From the NCBI RefSeq assembly GCF_009914755.1, contig NC_060932.1: a DNA stretch of 64,000 nucleotides; one strand, given 5' to 3'. Below are positions 1-11,760 of the stretch, in pieces. The notes beneath the pieces were generated by a model, which saw only the letters and a list, made by a program, of their open reading frames with translations, was not told the DNA's origin and did no database searches. The number at the start of each line of letters is the position of its first letter. The stretch's first letter is position 1. A program made the position numbers and the translations under genes. This DNA is from the human T2T-CHM13v2.0 reference genome, Homo sapiens.

Positions 1-348
1 ATTAGTCTGTTCTCATGCTGCTAATAAAGACATACCCAAGACTGGGTAATTTATAAAGAAAAAGAACTTTCTTGGACTCGCAGTTCCACATGACTGGGGA
101 GGCCTCACAATCATGGTGGAACAAAGACACATCTTACACGGCGACAGGCAAGAGAACATGTGCAAGGGAACTGCCCTATATAAAACAATAAGATCTCATG
201 AGACTTATTCACTATTATTATAACAACATGGGAAAACTCACCACCATGATTCAATTACCTCCCACCAAGTCCCTTCCATGACACATGAGGATCATGAGAT
301 CTACAATTCAAGATGAGATTTAGGTAGGGGCACAGCCCAACCATACCA
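1..348 (-). mobile_element. THE1 (MaLR) 3' LTR, clipped at the window edge
   Basis: Reverse complement of the THE1 LTR: attagtctgttctcatgctgctaataaagacatacccaagactggg ... cacagcccaaccatacca; homologous to 2219-2582. Confidence 0.9.
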
Positions 349-2218
349 TTCTGCCCCTGGCCCCTCCCAAACCTCATGCCTTCACATTTCAAAACCAATC
401 ATGCCTTCCCAACAGTCTGTCAAAGTCTTAATTCATTTTAGCATTAACTCAAAAGTCCACAGTCCAGCTGGGTGTGGTGGCTCACATCTGTTATCCCAGC
501 ATTTTGGGAGACTGAGGCAGGTGGATTTCTTGAGGTCAGGAGTTTGAGACCAGCCAGACCAACATAGTGAAACCCTGTCTCTACTAAAAATACAAAAATT
601 AGCTCGGCATGGTGACTCATGCCTTTAGTCCCAACTACTCAAGAGGCATAGGCACATGAATTGGTTGAACCTGGGAGGCAGCGGTTTCAGTAAACTGAGA
701 TTGCACCATCACTACGCTCCAGACTGGGTAACAGAGTGAGACTGTCTCAAAAAATAAAATAAGAAGTTCACAGTCCAAAGTCTCATCTGAGACAAGATAA
801 GTCCTTTCTGCCTATGAGCCTATAAAATCAAAAGCAAGTAAGTTACTTCCTAGGTATAATGGGGGTGCAGGGATTGGGTAAATACACCCATTCCAAATGG
901 GAGAAATTTGCCCAAACGAAGAGGCTACAGGCCCAATGCAAGTCCCAAATCCAGCAGAGCAGTCAAATCTTAAAGCTCCAAAATGATCTCCTTTGACTCC
1001 ATGTCTCACATCCAGGGCACACTGATGGAACAGGTGGGTTCCTATGCTCTTGGGCAGCTCCACACCTGAATGCTTTCATGGGCTGGTGTTGAGCGTCTGC
1101 ACCTTTTCCAGGTGCACAGTGCAAGCTGTCAGTGGATCTACCGTTCTGGGGTCTGGAGGATGGTGGCCTACTTCTCACAGCTCCAGTAGGTGGTACGCCA
1201 GTAGGGATTCTGTGTGGGGGCTCCCATCCCACATTTCCCTTCTGCACTGCCTTAGCAGAGGTTCTCCATGAGGGCTCTGTCCCTGTAGCAAACTTTTGCC
1301 TGGATATCCAAACATTTCCATACATCCTCTGAAATCTAGGCAGAGGTTCCCAAACCTCAATTCTTGACTTCTGTGCATCAACAGGCTCAACACCAGGCAG
1401 ATGCTACCAAGGCTTGGGGCTTGTACCCTCCAAAGCCATGGCCTGAGCTGTACCTTGGCCCCTTTTAGCCATGGCTGGAGCAGCTGGGACATAGGGCACC
1501 AAGTCCGTAGCCTGAACACATTAGGGTGCCCTGGGCCTGGCCCATGAAACCATTTTTTCCTCCTAGACCTCTGGGCCTGTGATGGGAGGAGCTGCCCCAA
1601 AGGTCTCTGACATGCTCTGGAGCAATTTTCCCCATTGTCTTGGTGATTAACATTCTGTTCCTTGTTACTTATGCAAATTTCTGCAGCCAGCTTGAATTTC
1701 TCCCCAGAAAAAGTTTTATTTTTTAACCACACTGTCAGGATGCAAATTTCCCAAACTTTTATGCTGTGTCACTTCTTGAATGCTTTGCTGCTTAGAAATT
1801 TCTTCTGCCAGATACCCTAAATCATATCTCTCAAGTTGAAAGTTCCACAGATCTCTAGGGCAGGGGCAAAATGCTGCTAGTCTCTTTGCTAAAGCATAGC
1901 AAGAGTCACCTTCACTCCAGTTCCCAAGCCTTTCATCTCTATCTAAGATCATGTCAGTGTGGACTCCATTGTCTATATCACTATCAGCATGTTGGTCAAA
2001 GCTATTCAACAAGTCTCTAGGAATTTCCAACTTTCCCACATCTCCCTGTCTTCTGAGTTCTCACAATCTCTAGGAACATCCAAACTTCCCCACATTTTTC
2101 TGTCTTCTCCTGAACTCTTCATACTGTTCCAACCTCTGCCTGTCACCCAGTTCCAAAGTGGCTTCCACATTTTCAGGTATTCTTATAGTAGCACTCCACT
2201 CTACCAGTACAAATTTAC
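349..2218 (-). mobile_element. THE1 internal region (THE1C/D-int-like), interrupted by an Alu
   Basis: Lies between two THE1 LTRs; typical MaLR internal text (ttctgcccctggcccctcccaa..., ...tccaacctctgcctgtcacccagttccaaag); only broken minus-strand MaLR ORF fragments. Confidence 0.88.
466..761 (+). mobile_element. Alu (S-type) inserted in THE1-int
   Basis: Alu dimer with central tactaaaaatacaaaaatt; TSD aaaagtccacagtcc (451-465) / agaagttcacagtcc (762-776). Confidence 0.93.
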
Positions 2219-2582
2219 TGTATTAGTCTGTTCTTATGCTGCTAATAAAGACACACCCAAGACTGGATAATTTATAAAGAAAAAGAGGTTAAATGGACTC
2301 ATGGTTCCACATGGCTGGGGAGGTCTCACAATCATAGCGGAAGGTGAAGGAGGAGCAGAGGCATATCTTACATTGTGGGAGGTAAGAATGCATGAGCAGG
2401 GCAACTGCCCTGTATAAAACCAGCAGATCTTGTGAGACTTGTTTAATATCACAATAACAACATGGTAAGACCTGCCCCCATGATTCAATTACCTCCCACT
2501 GGGTCCATCCCATGATTCTTGGGGATTATAGGAGCTACAGTTTGAGATGAGATTTGGGTGGGGACACAGCCAAACCATATCA
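2219..2582 (-). mobile_element. THE1 5' LTR
   Basis: tgtattagtctgttc ... gggacacagccaaaccatatca; TG...CA termini. Confidence 0.92.
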
Positions 2583-2602
2583 GCATCCTTGTCTGCTAAT
2601 TT

Positions 2603-2910
2603 TATATTTTATTTAATTTTATTTTTTTGAGGGGGAGTCTAACTCTGTCACCCAGGCTGGAATACAGTGGCACAATTTCTGCTCACTGCAACCTCTGTTT
2701 CCTGGGCTCAAGTATTCCTCTTGCCCCAGCCTCCCGAGTAGCTGGGACTATAGGTACATGCCACCACACCCAGCTAGTTTTTATATTTTTTGTAGAGATG
2801 GGGTTTTGCCATGTCACTCAGGCTGGTCTCAAACTCCTGCACTCAACTGATCCACTCATCTTAGCCTCCCAAAGCAATGGGATTAGAGGCATGAGCCACT
2901 GCACCTGGCC
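2603..2910 (-). mobile_element. Alu (J-type)
   Basis: Degenerate T-rich tail then Alu reverse complement ending cacctggcc; J-like ctgggctcaag. Confidence 0.88.
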
Positions 2911-3015
2911 TGGTAATTTCATTATATATGCCATTTGGTGGTCTGTTTTAATTGATTAATTTTCTACTATCTTTATGCCATATTTTCATGCTTCCTGGAA
3001 CACCTGATGATTTTT

Positions 3016-3440
3016 TAAGTGACAAAGAGGTTATGCATATTTATCATGTATAACATATTGTTTTGAAATATGTGTATATTGCAGGATGGCTAAATCAAGC
3101 TACTTAACATGTATTACCTCATATTTATGATATTTTGTGATGAGCACACTTAAACTCTACTTTCTTAGCAATTTTCAAAAATACAATATATTGTTATTAA
3201 CTATAGTCACCATGTTGTTCAATAGACCTTTTGAACGTATTCCTCCTATCTAACTGAAATTTTGTATCCTTTGACCAACATCTCCCCAACCCTTGGTAAA
3301 CACCATTCTACTCCTTTTTTACATTCCACATGTAAGTGAAATCATCCAGTGTTTGTCTCTCTGTGCTTGGATTATTTTACTTAGCATAATCTCCTCCAGG
3401 ATGGACACTTGGGTTGATTCCACATCTTGGCTATTGTCAT
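3016..3440 (-). mobile_element. Old L1 (L1MA/MB-like) 3' end fragment
   Basis: Typical L1M 3'UTR text: tttcttagcaattttcaaaaatacaatatattgttattaactatagtcaccatg; gggttgattccacatcttggctattgt. Confidence 0.7.
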
Positions 3441-3700
3441 ATCTGGTGATTTTTTATTGGATGCCAGAAATTGTGAATTTTATGTTTTGGGGAGGCAAAT
3501 TTTTTTTTAAATTTCTTGAAAATATGCTGCATGTTTTCCTGGCATACAGTTAAGTTGCTTGTAAGCTTTGTTACAATGGGTCCTGTGCACCCTTTAAATG
3601 AGGCTAATTTATACCTAAAAATAGTGTGATACTCTTCTCAGGGTGATGTCTATTATGGTGGTTTAATATTTTTTTTTTTTTTTGTCACTCTGGATAATGA

Positions 3701-4072
<372 letters not shown>

Positions 4073-4667
4073 TGGCCTATTTTTTTCAGTAGTTATTTCT
4101 CCAGTACTTAGTAGTTTACTGTATTGAAGTGTAGATCAGTGATCAGCTCAAGCCAAGAAGGCCACCCTCTATTGGAATCTAGAGTTCATTCTCATGAATT
4201 CACTTCTCCTAGCACTCCACTCCATGCATTCTAACATCACTGACTTCCCTTTCCTCTAATATTTGTCTCATCTGCAGATACTCATGGAGACATCTATGCT
4301 GTGTTTAGGTTTCTCTTCCTTAAGACATTTTTAAGCCTAAAAACTGTCACTAGGCACACACTGGGTCAATTGTAGAACTTACCTGTCTTTATTTCAATGT
4401 TTTCAGAGGTCAAGCTCTGTGCTGCCTCTTTTTCAATGCCTGAAAACCCCAAAATATATTTCATATGTTTTTTTCAACTTTCTAGTTGTTTAAGATCAAA
4501 GGATAAATATCGGGTACCTGTTACCCCACCATGGCCTGAAGAACAATTCTTGAATAGAGTATAGACCATAAATAATTTGTTTGAGATACTTGGGAAAATA
4601 AAACAATGACAATATCAACAATACCATCGACAATATCATCAACAATAACTGAACTTTCACCAGAGAA

Positions 4668-4880
4668 CAACCTTGTTCAATGGAACTTTCTGAGACAATG
4701 CAAGTGTTCCATATCTGTACTATGCTCCACAATAGCCATTGGCAGATGTGGCTTTTTCAAGGCATGTTGAGCAATTAAAATTTGGCTATTGTATCTGAGA
4801 AGCCAAAATTTTAACTATATTTAATTTTAATAAATTTAAATTATCACATGTGGCTAGTGGTTACCCTATTAGACAACTTA
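4668..4880. mobile_element. MER3-like hAT DNA transposon
   Basis: Internal quasi-palindromic text ...atagccattggcagatgtggct ... tttaattttaataaatttaaatt...cacatgtggctagtggttaccctattagaca. Confidence 0.7.
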
Positions 4881-5512
4881 GATCTAGAGCCTTACAGAAA
4901 AATGTTAGCATTACTGGAACAGATAAAATGTCAGTGAGTGAGAACAAGAATCAATTGGGAACAAGGAATGGGCATTTTTCTTTTTAGGTAGAGCAAAGCT
5001 GGGTAATGTGTGTTTAAGGCTTATGTTTTAGAGTAGAACAATTAGAAAAGACATTATGACATAGTATGGTGAAAGTTAAATAAATGAATATTTCTAAAAA
5101 CTACTTTGAAAAAATGATGAAGGACTCGTGTCTGTCACTGCTGTTAATATTATTTCCCTCCTGATCAGTGGTTAAGGGGAGCACTTGAAGAACAGATACA
5201 ATGTATGAGTGGAGAGCTGTGTCTCAAGGCCAGTCTTCCTACCACTTAAGCACTCATGGCCTGATTTCAAACCAAAACTCATGGGATTTCCAAACCAAAA
5301 TGGACAGAATGGCTCAGAATGCCTCTGTCATGTCATGTTCCTGGTCATATAAGGGAGGTAATAATTAAATTGAACAAGGATAGCACCTCTTCCAAGATGT
5401 TAAGAGACCTGGTACTTTTCCAACATTGAAGGCAAGAGGCGGCTGGCTGCCTGTTGAACTTGCATGTCTCAGTTACCTGCTCTACAAAGTGATCATCCAC
5501 AATGACATTCAA

Positions 5513-5632
5513 TTCCTGGAAGCCCTAAAATTGTAGATCAAACTCTGGGAGATCAGTATGTCAGGAACCCTTCCTGGAAACCCTAATACTATAGATAAAT
5601 CGCTGGGAGACTGGTATGTCAGGAACCCTTCC
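5513..5632. repeat. Diverged 58-bp tandem duplication
   Basis: Units 5513-5570 and 5571-5628 share ttcctggaa.ccctaa...tagat...ctgggaga...gtatgtcaggaaccc, followed by ttcc. Confidence 0.88.
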
Positions 5633-6339
5633 TTGTGTGCCATATTCATATTAAATAATGGTCTCTGAATGTGAAAAATATACAAGGATTTTCCCAGTAA
5701 GTTGTAGATGTCTGCAATGACTTCAGGCTAAATCAGAGTCAAGGGGTTCATTCTTCCCTTCGCATCCTATTACATATGAGTGTCTATATGGCAGTTTTAT
5801 TTTCCAGGTTGTCATTCCATCTTTTATTAAAATGCTTCTTCATGATAGACCTGTTTTTATAGGCCAGATCCTTAAAGACATGGGAGATAAATTGTATTTT
5901 TTGTCATTTGTGTATACAGTGCAGTATATATAATTCACTAAAAGATTAACAAGGACACAAGCTTCTATTAGTCACTGTCAGGATATATAACGGCTTTGCT
6001 TGCTTGTACCTAGTCCACCATGAGTTTTAATCATAAGCATGGTGTAGTTGTGGTTTTCTTTGGAAAATATTCGCCTTTGACATATAATAACACAATAATG
6101 CAGGGCAGTAGGTGGCAGTTACTATATCATTAGAGAACAACAGGGACTCCACATTGGTCACAAGGGTAATGGAAGTAGAATAAAACACTGCAATAAATTT
6201 ATTTACAGTCAGAACACGTGAAAACCATGAAGAGCTCTCAAACAAGGAGCACTGGGAAGGTAGGCAAGAACCCGACTGGTACTATCATAGAGGACTATGG
6301 TTGGGAGGTGGCAAGGGGAGGCTTTCCCAAGTCTGATAG

Positions 6340-6520
6340 GAGGCTCAGTAGCAAAGTGCCCAGAGGATAGGCTCACACTTTGGGTCAATTCCTGCCTCCC
6401 ATTCCTAGCTTTAGATTATAATAAGTTCTATGACTTTGTGCTGATATCTGAAGGATAAAGAAAATAGTTCCTACCTGTAACAGTTTTGTTAAAATCAAAT
6501 GAGTTACAATTTGTGTCAGT
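6340..6520 (+). mobile_element. MIR fragment
   Basis: gggtcaattcctgcctccc...aatagttcctacctgtaacagttttgttaaaatcaaatgag resembles the MIR core. Confidence 0.5.
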
Positions 6521-7509
6521 GCAGTTCTCTAAATTAAGATTCATGTTCAGATATGACTGGTGAGGAAGTCATGGAGAGCCTGGGTGGGGTGTGTATGTGA
6601 GGGTAACCCATCATAAGGCAATGGAGAAGCTTAGGAGACAAATTTTGTTTAAGGACAAGATAGAAGTGTTGTAGTGGAGATGTGATTTCAGGACCACACA
6701 TAGCATGTCAGAGCCCACATGGACCTTATTTCTGAGTCTTAGAACATGGTCTATAATCAGCAAAGGAAAGTCTATAAGAGCAATTTTCACTAGATGAATA
6801 CTTGGGAGTATAAGACCTGCTTTGTTGAAGCTATGTGTTGTGTTTGTGCCAGGAAACGGTATTTCCTTCCTTTTGGTTTTCTACTGGAGCAGGATGTGGT
6901 GCAGGAAAAAAAAACATAACAGCTTGATTAGTGAGGGAGGACCATGCATGGTGGGAAACACCAAAAAGATGTCATACTGTGGTGGCTTCACAGTCAGCAT
7001 CATCTCCACTGAGTTTGTGGTGATAAAAGATAATTTTCAATAACTGCAGTAAGAGAAGAGGAAAATGGTAGATGCCACTCAGCAGCTGTGAAGGTGTTCA
7101 TTAGCGGATATGAAGCATCCCCATGGGATGTCCAGAATTGATTCAGGAGGGAGGATTTGGAGGGTATCTGGCTTTCCCATTATGGTGAGAAAGCACCCTT
7201 ATTTTCTCCAGTTTTTAGATCCAGACTAGTGAAGCCTGGAAAATGTGAGGCCATGGAAAGCCATAACAGCATGGTGCCAGCTACAAAGTAAAGACTCAGT
7301 AATTATCACCTTTCTTCCTGGAGACAGATGCTTACACACTGGTAGTAACAACAGAAGCAAAGACATTTCCCTTTAATTCCTGCACGGCTGCTTATGCTAC
7401 CCCCAAGATCTCCCTGCAAGGAATTTTGAGTGGTTACTTTTGTCTAGAAATTGCCAAATTGAAACCAATCAGCAAGCCGAGGCAGCCAAGCGTGCCAGCC
7501 CAGTGCAGG

Positions 7510-7665
7510 ATAGTAGAAATGGAGGTGGGAGTCTCAGGTTTTTATTCTGCTTTTGCTGTTTTCTAGTTGTATGACCTTGAACAAGGTATTTAATCTTTCA
7601 GGACTCAGGTTTTTTTTTTTGGAAAAAGATCTCCAAGGTCCTTTTTCACTCTGACATTCTGTGAG
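7510..7665 (+). mobile_element. MIR/MIR3 fragment
   Basis: gtatgaccttgaacaaggtattaatctttcaggactcaggtt...ctccaaggtcctttttcactctgacattctgtga. Confidence 0.55.
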
Positions 7666-8069
7666 TTCCTGTAAGTTCTCAATTCTCTGATCTGTCCATG
7701 GTTCTTCAGTAAGTGCCAGAGTTGAATGGAGGTTACAACAAAGGTGGTAGTGGTTGCAGAAGTCTTCTCAGAGTAGGTGGGAAATGACTAGTGTGCTGGA
7801 GTGCTCAGCAGACACTACAGAAGCTAGTTTTACTAAAATTGCATGTTCTTTGGGATTATTAGTAAGATATAAGTCTGAAAAATGTGAGCTGAGGTCCAGG
7901 CCATCTAAAGACTCCTCTCTACCTTGATTTTTTTCAGGTTCATCTGTTTGAATTGGAACTTGAGCTCGTCTCAAGAAGTCTGCTTACCACTATAGGGAAA
8001 AGCAAACAATGATTGTATGTATTTTTCCTTGGTGGATAGTACATGGTTAGCATTTTTTCAAACTAATAA

Positions 8070-8270
8070 AGATAATCATTACCATTTATAGAGTGCTTAC
8101 CTAAAACAGTCATTAAGTCCAAAATTTTTAATTCTCATAATAGCCTTAGGAAGTAGGAATCACTTTACAAATGACATAACCATAGCTCAGAAGTGGTTAA
8201 CTATTTAAATTCACACAAATGTTAAGTAATGGAGCCAAAGTTTGATTTCTAATCTCTTTTGAACCCCAAT
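8070..8270 (-). mobile_element. MIR fragment
   Basis: accatttatagagtgcttac...ttaattctcataatagcct...ttacaaatga...gctcagaagtggttaa. Confidence 0.6.
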
Positions 8271-10865
8271 ACTGAACTTTAATGTTGACCCTTTTAAGGA
8301 GTCCATATAACTAACACACTGATATGCCACGCAGTGCAAAATGTGTCTAAGTCTTTGGGCAGTTTAATGGCAAATGAATTAATAAAAAATAATTAAATGT
8401 CTGAAGCATATTAAACACAAAATAACTAGGCCATGGTTGGATCTCCACATGAATTCTTCCCGCTGCAGCCCTTTCTGCTGTGACAGAAATAAAGTGAAGT
8501 CTCTCGGTAATTCGAAGCATATACAGCAATTAATTCCACATTTATATGGTCTTCTATTTAGAACTGTGTTTTAATTTTTAAAGCACACTTTTAATATCTG
8601 TGCTGTAACTGATAATTATTTGGGGAAAGGGGCAGGAGCAAGAAGATTTTAGTGGCAGCACAACAATTTTTAATGCAACAGCTGCAATGCTGAAATCAAC
8701 CATGTGCCAAGAGCTCTGAAGCCTGTCAGAGGAAAGATAGTCTATAGTTAGACCCTCCCACTTCAAGGTCACTGCTTTGAGGCTAGCCAAAGTTGATTGT
8801 GGCTTAAGGTCACTTTCATCAATGGCTCCTTGGTGGCCTCAGTAAATGAGAGAGTGGACGTATCCATTTTCCTCCTGGGCAACCACCCAGGACTAATTAT
8901 GAAGACTGTCACTGCAAATGGGAGGACCAACCCTGACATAGACACTCATCATTGTGTCCCCTCAAGGTCTAGGTCATGCTGATGCTGATTCTGATTATTA
9001 TTGTTATTATTATTAGGTATTCTCTGAGAAGCCTCTGGCAGAACACGAATTTGGAAAAAACAAGCACATTAGTTTCAGTTTCTGTTGGTCAAGATGAAAA
9101 CAGCGGACAATGATGAAATTTATTATTGGTGTTCCACCCATCTCCTACCCACACTTCAAGGTCCACTTCAGGCCCCAGCCCCCAACAAAGCTGTTCAGGA
9201 CCAGTAAGTCCATGATGTCCCATGAATTCCAATTGCTTCTGCTATCTATGGGTCCTATTATGGCTCATAATCACTTATGACTTCAAATTGTTTTGTACTC
9301 TGGTTGTGGATGCTCAAGTGAGAAATAGCAGGCAGGACATTAAAATCTTCCATTGGTTCATTGACTCATGAAACTTGGCTTGATATAAGCCCTCAGATGT
9401 CCTTATTGGAACAACCATGGCTTGTTTAAGATTTCAAGGAGTCTTTCTCTGAGGCCCTCCTTAACATATAAAGTCTAAAATTGCCTACAGCAGCCATATT
9501 CCACCTGTATTCTTACCTTAGAATAAATAAGGCACATTTATGCTGTGTAAGAGGTGAGTACTCACTCTCTCAGGCTACTTCCTTAATAATAACATTCTAC
9601 TTATGCCTTTGCATTCTTACATTCATTGAAGAAAGAGGTAGAACATTAATCAATTAGCTAATTACATTATTATTTAAATCTTTAGTTCCCCTGGACATGT
9701 TTCCATTATATCTGTGTTTTAATAATTTATTCCAAATATATATTTGCTTTTTGTTAGGACTTTGGTTCTTCTCGTATTTCAGCCTCTCTCTCTTAGACAT
9801 GAATCCTTGGGCACATGGAGGGTAGTGAAGGTCTGTTTTACATGAATCACAAAACCTCTCCTGCTAAGCCACTCTTCCCACAGGTGACTCTACAATCTGA
9901 GACAATGTGTACTTGTTGGAAGGACCTTCACAGCATATAGTCTATGAATCCATGGGTAAGAGACTTCATCACAGCCATGGAAGAATTAATGATGCTTAAT
10001 AACTCTTTGTGGACTCAACTGAATAAATGACTGACCTTATAGCAGTTCTGCCATCATCTCCATTCTTTTCCACTTTGGCTCACAAGACCCTACAGGAATC
10101 TGAGGCCACTGACAACACCAACCTCACATGTTCTCTGTGGGATCTCAAGACTGCAGATTTAACCACCTGGTCCTGAACTCAACAACAACCTGCCTACCAA
10201 TTACTTTAGTGATTCAAACAGAAGCTCTTAGCTGCTTGTATATTATGTATGATTTTTCTACCACTGCATCTAGCTGTAACAAATCCTACATTTTTATTCT
10301 TTCTAAATCAAATTGATTCTGACTTCGTGCCTACACTAGTCATGGAACTTCTTTCTCCCAAAGAAATTCAAACTCTAATATTTTTGGAAACAGGTGGCTT
10401 ATGTGAGTATCCAGAAACTGAGGAAATGTTCTCTAATCTTCAGTCAACCATGATGGTCTCTGATATGTATGTTGTTCAAGTACACATGATCTATTCACAA
10501 TATGTAGACCTGTTACTACTCAAGCTTGGGCATAGGGGTCTTACTGTAGTCTGGATTCTTAACACCTGGCATCAACCTCAATAGACATACTAGGAAGGTC
10601 CAGGGTGCTATGAGGAAATTGTTTCCTGGTAAAACCCTGCTTCGTTGTCAGTCTATATGACTTCTCCTTCTTTAGGACCAGCCCTTCTGTCTAACTCACT
10701 AGGTATTTCTCTCTCTTTCTTTATTTTGGGGCAAATTCTGCCTGGTAGTGTGACCATATGTCATTCAAAACAGAACACTTCTAAGTCTAAAAGCAAGTAT
10801 TAGTTACAACTACATTAGGAAAGCAGGTGGTATAAACCAGGATATATGATTTTCCTATGTGTAGA

Positions 10866-11760
10866 TGTGATATTGTGATATAATAAAAAAAAAAATATGT
10901 ATTTGGTCTCTGCCCCTGGTTCCTGGAGTGCAGCTCCAAAATCCTTAGAATCTTCCTATTGATAAGATTGTCTTTTGTATGCTAATAAGATGACTGGTGG
11001 CTGGTGGCCACTAGATAGCTTCAGGATGGGTGTGGTCACTAGAAAGACAAAGGCATAATTACAAAGTTGGGATTTTCAGCCCTACTCTCCCATCCTCCCA
11101 ACATCTAGGGACGGAGGGAATAGGGGCTGAAGGTTGACTTTATCACCAATGGTCAATAATTTAATGAACTTTGCCTACATAATAAAGCCTCCATAAAATC
11201 CCTAAAGGACTGGGTTCAGAGAGATTCTAGATTGTTGAACACATGGAGGTTCCTAGAGGGTGTGCAGCCAAAGAAGGCATGGAAGCTCCACGCTGCCCCT
11301 CCCAACCCCATACCTTGCCCTATGCATCTCTTGGTCTGGCTCTTCATCTGTGTCATTTGTAATATCCTTCATAATAAATGGATAAAGATAAGTAATATGT
11401 TTCCTTGAGAGTTCTGTGAGCTGTTCTAGAGAATTAACTGAACTCCAGGAGTGGGTAGTGGGAAAATGATTTATAGACAGTTGGTCAGAAGCACACAGAT
11501 CACAACCTGTGACTTGTAATTGGGATCTGAAGTGAGGACAGTCTTATGGGACTGAACTCTGAACCTGTGGAATCTAATGCTACTTCTAGGTAGACAGTGT
11601 GAAAATTGAATTGAATTATAGGACATCCAGCTGGTGTTCACTGGAGAACGGATTGCTTGCTGTGTATGAAAAACTACGTAGGTCTGGTCACAGATGTGTT
11701 CTGTGTTGTATTGTGTGTGAGAGGAGGAAAAATAGTTTGATTTATCCTTTCTCTTTCAGA
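10866..11760 (+). mobile_element. MER21-family solo LTR (ERVL)
   Basis: Starts tgtgatattgtgatataataa...atttggtctctgcccctggttcctgg; 5-bp TSD gtaga at 10861-10865 and 11761-11765. Confidence 0.85.

Noticed and set aside
2010-2115. Tandem ~50-bp duplication in THE1-int
   Set aside because: I recall it as a feature of THE1C/D internal consensus, not locus-specific.
812-2270. Cluster of 60-185 aa ORFs
   Set aside because: All lie in the THE1 internal region; they are fragments of the decayed MaLR ORF or antisense frames.
2311-2323. PRDM9 hotspot motif position in the THE1 LTR
   Set aside because: Reads CCTCCCCAGCCAT on the minus strand, the common version that does not match CCNCCNTNNCCNC; the other two LTRs also mismatch.
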